A stretch of 64,000 nucleotides of DNA from NCBI GenBank assembly GCA_002811645.1, contig PDIP01000023.1, positions 110,808 to 174,807 of the forward strand, read 5' to 3'. Under the pieces are notes generated by a model that was not told where the DNA came from, did no database searches, and saw nothing but the letters and a program-made list of their open reading frames with translations. Of the stretch, positions 56,713 to 64,000 are shown piece by piece. The position numbers were made by a program, and so were the translations under genes. The first letter of the stretch is position 1; the number at the start of each line of letters is the position of its first letter. The stretch is from Corallochytrium limacisporum Hawaii. Lineage: Eukaryota > Protista > Pluriformea.

Positions 56713-57396
56713 ATGTTGTCACGGATACGATCAATGCGTAGCCTGGGTGCTACTACACGGTGTGTTATGAACGCCTCAGCTTTTCGCCAGTCAATAGGAC
56801 TGCGGACTGTGGCGGTGCAATCCCGCCGCAAGGCCTTCTTGCTCGAAAGTTGCCAGTGCCATGGCAGTAGAATTGGGGTCTTGTCACAAGTTCGCCACTA
56901 CAGTGCAGACAATCCAAATGATGACATGTCTCCGTCAGAAAAGGCTCGGTGGTTTCTGCAGATGGGCAATACTGCGATGGAGGAAGGTGATCCTCAGAAA
57001 GCCATTCCGCACTACCTCAATAGTGTCAACACGGAGCTCTCCTCGACTGCGCTCTTCAATCTTGGCATGGCCTACGCAAACACAGGAAATCTGAACGGGG
57101 CAATGAAGTGCCTCCGCGAGGTCGTCAGGCTGGAACCTGAGAGCATTGACGCACGAATCAATCTTGGAAATCTGTTGAATAGTTCGGGATTACCGCGGGA
57201 TGCGCTGGAGCACTACGAAAAGGCCGCGGAGCAGACAAAGGATGCCACCCTGGAATGGAATATGGCCGTCACTAATGAGAAGCTCGGGGAGCTAGAAAAG
57301 GCCGTGAATCACTATCAGCAGGCTATCAAAATGAAGCCAGATCTGCCACAGGAAAATCTGCGAAATTGCCTTGCAAAGCTGGGAAAGTCTGCGTAA
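56713..57396 (+). CDS. Mitochondrially targeted TPR protein
   Basis: Presequence MLSRIRSMRSL...VRHYS followed by ~4 TPR repeats (ALFNLGMAY, ARINLGNLL, WNMAVTNEKLGELEKAVNHYQQA). Confidence 0.88.
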   Translation: MLSRIRSMRSLGATTRCVMNASAFRQSIGLRTVAVQSRRKAFLLESCQCHGSRIGVLSQVRHYSADNPNDDMSPSEKARWFLQMGNTAMEEGDPQKAIPHYLNSVNTELSSTALFNLGMAYANTGNLNGAMKCLREVVRLEPESIDARINLGNLLNSSGLPRDALEHYEKAAEQTKDATLEWNMAVTNEKLGELEKAVNHYQQAIKMKPDLPQENLRNCLAKLGKSA

Positions 57397-57525
57397 GAAA
57401 CGTTGCGAAGTAGGCGACGTACATTGAATAACTACAAGACTCACGTGCAAGACTACAACCATGCTCCATGATCACTACTGTGGGAATAAAGATCTATTGT
57501 AACGTAAAGGAAATGAAGTAGTGGA

Positions 57526-59388
57526 CTATACCCTCTTTGTACCACACTGACTACAAAAGTTGGCGTTCTCCACAAAGCGTTCGCCACAATGGAAGCAAAA
57601 ACTGGCAAGACAACTGTACGACGCGCTGCCGCCGCTCTCTCCCAACGGTCGAAGCTCATCGTCCGTGGTTTCGACCGCAGATTCGAATTGGTCTAGATCG
57701 TCTTCATCGGTGCTTCCGCCCTCCGGGTCAGTTACACTCAGTCGTGGCTTACATCGGGCATTTTCTGCATGCCGGCCACCGACATGTGCGCTCCTTGGCC
57801 GCGAAAAGTTCTTCAAGGATGTCTCTGTCGAAGGCGACATATCGTTCTGTAGCTGCGATGATTTGCATGTAGTAGGACTGTGGTCATCCACGACAGCATC
57901 AGAGAGTGTTGTAGGTGAGGTTTGGGACGGGACCTCGGCCGGCGCATTGTTGGCACGGTTCGATCCACCGCTTCTGGCTTTGGTCTGCGTGGCACCTGCT
58001 GCTGGGGCTGCGAAACCGCCGGGTATGAGCTTCTGCCGAGTCCGTTCGGCAGCAGCCCGGTTCTTCATGCGCTTCTGCTGTTCCGCACAGAAGCGAATGT
58101 GCCGCTCCGCGCTGGACGGTACGAAGCTTCGGTCGCAGTGCGGGCAGGTGACCATCTCAGTTGGTTCTGATATGAAGATCTCCGATACGTTTGAAACCAA
58201 CGGATCGTTACCAGCCTCCGCGTCAGCGAGATAACCTGCTGCGCGCGTCTTAAATGTCCGTGTGTCCTCAGAGCTCTGATGCACTGCCGGAGAGTAACTA
58301 TAGAACTCTTTCTCTGGCTCTCGTTCCGAGAGTTTGCTGCTGCCGTTGCTTCGCAGCTTTCCTGTCATTTTGCGCAATGCACCACCGCTGTCGTCGGTGC
58401 CATCACCGTTGGTGCGGTGGCCCATGTTCTTGTGTTTGCTCGTGTGTTCAATGCTTGATGCACCCGATTGTGCCCTCGCCACCGTCACTTCCTTTCGCGC
58501 CTTGGCGGATTCAGCACGCTGCCGAGTGGCGTTCAGAGGTTTCTTACCCGCTGTGGGCCTCCCGACCTGTGGCTTCTTGTCGTCGCCGGCAGCGTAATTT
58601 CGATGTCCAACCAGGCGAGGCTTGAGTGGGACAGTGCTACTGGATTTGGGAACAGCGTTACGTTTGTTCGCGACATTCGCCCAGGAGGCTGAATCATTCA
58701 CGGATCCTGGTCTAGCAAGAGAGTTGTTGAGCCTATCCTTTGAACCCGACTTTGCAAGATTTGTTTGCGATCCTCGTGGACTTGGCGCCTGGTACTGAGT
58801 GCGGGCCTTGAGTTTTTGTTGCGCTGCCTCTTTCTTCTTGTTCTGCACCGTGATGCGCTTCTGTTGCTCTGCGCAAAAAACAATGTGTCTTTTGGCGCTG
58901 TCTTCGTTGAAATTGCGACCACAGTAGGCACATTGAGCAGTGCCGGGCCGAACGCTGGGGCGGATCGGGGGCCGAATCTCTGCCGTTCGCTGACGTTGCG
59001 CAGCAGAACTGGGCCGCCCCGAGCGCACACGCGGTGCTGACGACGAAGTATTAATATTCGCCAAACCTCGAGTAGATGTGCTGGGGCTGTTCGGATTCGA
59101 GTGTTCCCTTGCGGATCTGATAGTAGCAACGAGTTCTTCATGGCCGTGGCGCCAGTCTTTTCTCTCCGGAGACTGGGACCGAACCGGTACAACCGTGCCT
59201 AACTTGGTCAGCTTTGCATAGCCTATGATTTGTGTGCCATAGATTCGATGCCTTGTCGAGTCATAACGCGACCGTGGCCGGTTCGCGTTGCTGCACACGG
59301 ATTCGTGCTTGGAAATACGTTCTGGAAAGAAATTTCGCCCACAATTGCGGCATGCAATGTGTTGCGACATATTCGTAACGGCGTCCAT
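57526..59388 (-). CDS. Zinc finger C2HC domain protein (ZC2HC1/FAM164-like)
   Basis: Three CxxCxRxF...H...C fingers and a C-terminal FCFHCG...FCSQCGTKR zinc ribbon. Confidence 0.88.
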   Translation of the reverse strand: MDAVTNMSQHIACRNCGRNFFPERISKHESVCSNANRPRSRYDSTRHRIYGTQIIGYAKLTKLGTVVPVRSQSPERKDWRHGHEELVATIRSAREHSNPNSPSTSTRGLANINTSSSAPRVRSGRPSSAAQRQRTAEIRPPIRPSVRPGTAQCAYCGRNFNEDSAKRHIVFCAEQQKRITVQNKKKEAAQQKLKARTQYQAPSPRGSQTNLAKSGSKDRLNNSLARPGSVNDSASWANVANKRNAVPKSSSTVPLKPRLVGHRNYAAGDDKKPQVGRPTAGKKPLNATRQRAESAKARKEVTVARAQSGASSIEHTSKHKNMGHRTNGDGTDDSGGALRKMTGKLRSNGSSKLSEREPEKEFYSYSPAVHQSSEDTRTFKTRAAGYLADAEAGNDPLVSNVSEIFISEPTEMVTCPHCDRSFVPSSAERHIRFCAEQQKRMKNRAAAERTRQKLIPGGFAAPAAGATQTKARSGGSNRANNAPAEVPSQTSPTTLSDAVVDDHSPTTCKSSQLQNDMSPSTETSLKNFSRPRSAHVGGRHAENARCKPRLSVTDPEGGSTDEDDLDQFESAVETTDDELRPLGESGGSASYSCLASFCFHCGERFVENANFCSQCGTKRV

Positions 59389-60024
59389 AGTGGAACCTCG
59401 TGCTCTTATGACTGGTCTATACCGTTCTGTGCTGTTCAGATGTAGCGTATTTCCTCTCGTATCCTAACCCGTAGATTCCTCTCCGTCACATAACAAATCT
59501 ATATCTGTTTCAGTTGACTGCATTCTACAAATGGTGGTGTTATGGAAGGCTCTCCTTCGACTTGTACTTAAATACCGTCAGCAGGACAAACTCTTAGGGA
59601 AAGACTGTGAACAGCTTAGTGGCCCAAGAATCAGAGACCCGTGAAGTGGCTGTGGACTGCGCTGCCTGACGGGCCCCGAGCGGACCCGCTTGCCCGGCCA
59701 GAGCCCTCCCCTCCGTTTTCCCCCTCTGGCACATCGCCGCCTCGAGAGATTGCCAGTACATTTTCTATCTGTTGGGCAGGAGCGGGGCAGCCTGGAGACG
59801 CTTGGGGAGGGGGGGAGCGGGCGGGGGCGGATCGGCGGGAAATCGCGCTGGGGGAGCAGGGAAAGGCACAGCTGCCGTGACTGTGGGCAGGATCGCCAGG
59901 ACGGACAGGCGGGAAACGGCCGAGACGGTGTCAGAACCATCAATCTTTCACATATCGAGTTGACGAGTGAAAACAAAAGCAAACTAGTTGTATTAAATTT
60001 TCACGTGTATCTCTATTATTGAAA

Positions 60025-62985
60025 CTATTCATTAATGGCTTTCTTGCACGCAGCCAAAACGACCTCAAACTCTCCGCGGTGTCGTGCAATTCTCAGGTTG
60101 TCCGTAGCCATGGACTGTAGCAGTTCCGGTGACTTTGCCACGCCAGACAGCACCGCTGCCAGGACCGCCCGGCGCACCGTTTCGTTGCTGTCATCGAGGT
60201 GAATGAGTAGCGGCTTCCAGCAGTACTCCAGATGCGCCCGGTAGAGATCCTTGGGATAGTCGGCAGGCAGTGCTACGAACATCGCCTCCAAACAGCGCGC
60301 CGTTTCGGAACGGATCTTGTCACTGCTGTCGTCCATACGCTTACAAAGATCTGGGTAGAGGCTGTGCAGGAAATCTGCCCGTTCTCGAGCTTTTTCCGTG
60401 GAGGTGATCTCGTCTCCAGGTTGTTCCATGTCCGCGAGTTTCTCTAGAACTATTGTGAGCATGCGCACACTGAGCATGCGGACATGCTGGTTGCCGTCGT
60501 CCATCGTGGATTGCAGATGACGGGTCAATTCGGCCAGGACTGTACTTGTAGGCTTTTCGGTGCTTGGACCTGGGACAGTCTGAACAATGAGTTCCTCTAG
60601 TGCCATGATATCGCTCGCCTTCAACAGGGCCCAGAGAGCACTTAATGACACCAGCCGCACCGCAGCTGCCGTACGTCCAGCGCGCCAAACAGTGTTCGGG
60701 AGCAAAATTTGAACAATTATTCGAGAAAGGTACAACTGGAGTTCGTCAGTGGAATTAACAGTCTGACTGGCCGTGGACGTTGCGTTCATGGCGGTAGTGG
60801 GTTCATTGCAACCACCATCGTTGTCATCAATCAACAATTTGATCAGAGTCATGAGAACACCCAGTCGCAGCTCCACGTCCCGCTCTGGTTCCGTTAAACT
60901 CTCAATTACGGGCACGATTTCACCTAAATGCTCACCGACCACCGGACCTGCGAGGTCCAGGACAGCATCGTATACGAAGCGTTCTTCGCTGTGCCTCGTC
61001 CAATGTGGGGCGGTCTGTGCCAGGGATGAGTGCAGGAGTGTAAAATGGCGTCGGTTGAGGGCCAGGAAAGCTTCTTTCGAGTCTGCTGCGTCGGGATTGG
61101 TCTTGGATGCTAGAATTTCAAACAGATAGCGGGATTTGCCGCGAGCCTTTTCGTCGCCGCGCTTACAGGCCAGAACACGGATGATGATCTGATGCACCTG
61201 TAGACTATATTGTTGCAGCTCCGCTGCGTGCTCACTCGTCGTGCACTGTGAGAGGATCGCCCAGATGATGTTGAGGATGAGATTGCACGCCTGCGGATAG
61301 GCTGGATCGAGCACATCCGGGTTGCCGACGGCGGCAAGTATCTGGGGGATCAAGCGGAGTAACACCATGACTGCATCTTCATTCGACTGGTTGTCCTTTC
61401 TTTCGTGCAGGCCCATGATGACTTCGTGTAACAGGATAAGAGCAGCCACCCGGGTGGCAGACTGGGTGAGACGGTGCTCAATCCGCTGCAAGGTCAGTGG
61501 CAAGATAATATCAAACTGCACACGGCCACCGATCATGCCTGCCACTTGCATTGTCATCTGTGCAACCTGAGGCTCTTCGTCAACGCATCGTAGGCAGATC
61601 GAGTCAAGAATGCTCTCCACATGGCCTGCAAAGTGATCACCGCTGAAGAAAATGATCTCGTGAAGCATGGCGGCTGCGGCCTTGCGTCGTACAGCAGCCC
61701 AGTCATCGAGCTGCTTCAGCACCTGCGGCAGCATCTTGGGCAGTGCCTGCTGCACCATGAGCTGCACGCCGAGCGCGTCCCTGCGGTCGCCCTCAGCACT
61801 GTCGCTGATGTTGTTACCACTACTTACCAAGTACTTAACACGACCCAGTCCAAAGTTTACCTTATCCTTCAGTTCTTCCTCATTCTCTCGAATATACTGT
61901 TCACCACATGCCGACAGGTAGACATCCGCACACTCCGCAATCTCTTCCACCGCGTCGGTACGGAACAGCAGCAGGTATGGGAGCAACTTCGGAGTGTACG
62001 TGTACCGATCAACCATTTTCATTAACCACTGGCCCACGACTTCACAGCACACCAATCGCACCGTACCGCTCTGCTCCTCAATGCAAATGGAGTCCATCAG
62101 CGCGATGACTACGTCGATACCTCCCTTGTTGACCTCCGAGTTGACATTACTGGCCACAGAAGCACTCGCGCCGCTGTTCTCGTCACAAGCGCCGTACATT
62201 GCAGCCACTCCAAGGGCCTTGACGGCCGCAGCACGGATTTTGGAGTGTTGATGGTGCAGACAACCGGCATCCAGCGGCCTCAAAAGTTGCACAGCTACGG
62301 GGCGCAAACGATGCTCCAGCCGAGAGCCCATGACAGAAACCAATTCACAGCTCAGACGCTTAATCTCCGGGTATCGGTCCAGCATGCCCCCCATGCCGAG
62401 CAAATGCACAAAATCCGCCATGCTCAACATTAGACACCGCTGACTGATAGCCTGGATAATGTCTTGTACTAGACGGTAGAGATGAAGACGGATCTCTTCG
62501 CTGGGTTCCCTCCGCGTTTCGCCCCCAGCGTGCTTCGTTTCCTCGCTGACCAGACGGGCCAGGAGATGTGGCATCAGGTATGGTACCAACTTATCCACCG
62601 CTGTCTGTGCTGCCTCTTTGTCCTCTTTAGTATGCACTTGCGATTCACTTTTCCCGACTACAGCTTCCTGGTCGCGAAGGAACCCGTAGAGTACGGAGAC
62701 CTTGCGCCGTAACAAGCTTACGGCCAGATCCCGTGACTTTTCCGAAGGATCGCTGAGCAGAGCAGCAACTGGTGCATCTAATGGTGCCAGCAAACAAATG
62801 GCCTCATCAGCTGTAAGGGTATCCAGCAGATGGTTATCGACTTTGTTCCCATCCTTGCCTATTCCGATCGCTTCTCCCAACCTCCCTGCGGCCTCCCTCC
62901 GTGTAATCTTGTCAGAGTCCTCAAGGCTAGTGACACAGCGACGAATATTTGCTGACAGCGCCTCAACCTCAGCAATGGATACCAT
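60025..62985 (-). CDS. DNAAF5: Dynein axonemal assembly factor 5 (HEATR2)-like HEAT-repeat protein
   Basis: EPSEEIRL, HQHSKIR, WLMKMVDRYTYTPKLLPYLL, WRAGRTAAAVR, LYPDLCKRMDDSSDKIR and LLIHLDD. ATG at 62985. Confidence 0.88.
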   Translation of the reverse strand: MVSIAEVEALSANIRRCVTSLEDSDKITRREAAGRLGEAIGIGKDGNKVDNHLLDTLTADEAICLLAPLDAPVAALLSDPSEKSRDLAVSLLRRKVSVLYGFLRDQEAVVGKSESQVHTKEDKEAAQTAVDKLVPYLMPHLLARLVSEETKHAGGETRREPSEEIRLHLYRLVQDIIQAISQRCLMLSMADFVHLLGMGGMLDRYPEIKRLSCELVSVMGSRLEHRLRPVAVQLLRPLDAGCLHHQHSKIRAAAVKALGVAAMYGACDENSGASASVASNVNSEVNKGGIDVVIALMDSICIEEQSGTVRLVCCEVVGQWLMKMVDRYTYTPKLLPYLLLFRTDAVEEIAECADVYLSACGEQYIRENEEELKDKVNFGLGRVKYLVSSGNNISDSAEGDRRDALGVQLMVQQALPKMLPQVLKQLDDWAAVRRKAAAAMLHEIIFFSGDHFAGHVESILDSICLRCVDEEPQVAQMTMQVAGMIGGRVQFDIILPLTLQRIEHRLTQSATRVAALILLHEVIMGLHERKDNQSNEDAVMVLLRLIPQILAAVGNPDVLDPAYPQACNLILNIIWAILSQCTTSEHAAELQQYSLQVHQIIIRVLACKRGDEKARGKSRYLFEILASKTNPDAADSKEAFLALNRRHFTLLHSSLAQTAPHWTRHSEERFVYDAVLDLAGPVVGEHLGEIVPVIESLTEPERDVELRLGVLMTLIKLLIDDNDGGCNEPTTAMNATSTASQTVNSTDELQLYLSRIIVQILLPNTVWRAGRTAAAVRLVSLSALWALLKASDIMALEELIVQTVPGPSTEKPTSTVLAELTRHLQSTMDDGNQHVRMLSVRMLTIVLEKLADMEQPGDEITSTEKARERADFLHSLYPDLCKRMDDSSDKIRSETARCLEAMFVALPADYPKDLYRAHLEYCWKPLLIHLDDSNETVRRAVLAAVLSGVAKSPELLQSMATDNLRIARHRGEFEVVLAACKKAINE

Positions 62986-64000
62986 AGCTGTGTACGTTTT
63001 CAATTACAAGATGTGTCCTATTGACTTCTTGTTCTTCATCTTACTGTGCATGGTTCGAACTTGGTATTCTTTGCAACTCCGTAGACGTATGATCAACTTC
63101 ACGGCACAACCTTCTGTGGTGCTCTTCTCGGTTGCTGAAGTCTTAAGACTACCGTTCACTTTAAAATACTAGGCACTGAGGGTGTCCAAGGCAGCGCAAC
63201 CAATCACTTGCCTAATTCTTCGTCTTCCTGAGTCTCCGCGCTTGAGTTCTCGACTGACAAAGAATCCCAGAGCCACAGCAACCGGCACATTGAGACCGAG
63301 AGGGGAAAGAGCCAGTGGTGAAACTTCGCGAGGCTGCCAGCGACATTGGAGGTGTTCACTGGTTTCCGTTGATATAATTAGGCCCCCGGGGGAACCCTAA
63401 ACTGGGGGGGGTCCCTACGCGGACTGGGCCCCGAAGTCCCGGCGGGTGGTGGTGGGTTCAGCAGTGAATCTGTCACACACTCGCCGCTCCTGAACATTCC
63501 CGGCCATTTACAATAAACCGTATATTAATAGTTAGAATATTAAATTGTATTGTCGATAATATGTTCTAAAGTAAGTAAAATTGAAGGAAGTCGGTATTTA
63601 AAAAGCTGAATTGGAGGTCGGTAAGAGAGAGTGAAAAAGCAACCGGGCTCTTCCCACCCCGCACAGAGCTACCGTGGCACCTGCCACCTTCTGCGTTACC
63701 AAAGTGTGCAGTCAGTGTTTTGCCTGCGGGCGGCCGGCCAAGTGGAGAGCCCTGTGTGAGAGACTGTCCAAGCGCTTGGAGTTTCGGATATTTTTTTTTT
63801 CTCGTGTATTTTTTTTTCTTTTTTTTTGCGAAACGGAAGAAAATTCTCGTTCCTTTCTCTCCGCGCAATTGTTCGTATGCCAGGGAGCTTCTGGCATAGC
63901 TGGGCATGTGTGCTGGAACACCAAAGACTCGGCTTCGGTCCCCTCACACGGGCGACACACCGCCCTTCCGACAGAGACACTCGCACACCCACCCACCCGC

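Noticed and set aside
20553-59916. Window-wide E2F regulon inferred from scattered TTTSSCGC sites
   Set aside because: About one site per 8 kb is expected by chance, and the observed count is not clearly higher.
63182-63206. RFX X-box plus CCAAT upstream of DNAAF5
   Set aside because: GTGTCCAAGGCAGC has mismatches in both half-sites; too weak to call.
1-64000. CRISPR arrays, transposases, retroelements, viral insertions, rRNA
   Set aside because: I saw no repeat-spacer pattern, RT/integrase/transposase motifs or rRNA signatures.

Overview
This is eukaryotic nuclear DNA from a draft assembly with 5 N-gaps. It holds about 15 compact, essentially intronless protein-coding genes. Animal-type genes (DP, an MKLP1/KIF23-like kinesin, a zyxin-like LIM protein, SYAP1-like, DNAAF5, ZC2HC1) sit beside fungal-type genes (an ERT1/AcuK-like Zn2Cys6-PAS factor, an ATRR-like NRPS-like reductase, an Nhp10-like HMG protein). 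This mix suggests an intron-poor unicellular opisthokont/holozoan such as Corallochytrium (inference). Two gene-dense blocks (1-19.3 kb and 43-63 kb) flank a ~23 kb stretch containing only one protein gene. The top candidate lies in that stretch: a telomerase-RNA-like locus at ~23.7-24.7 kb on the + strand. It has CCAAT and TATA-like boxes, a CTAACCCTAA template, a long stem with G-U pairs whose loop can form an H-type pseudoknot, and further hairpins. Other highlights are a pseudo-thioesterase-A-T-T-R enzyme, a motor-dead MKLP1-like pseudokinesin, and a frameshift-split Zn-cluster/PAS transcription factor. All family assignments come from motif recognition by eye; no searches or folding programs were run.
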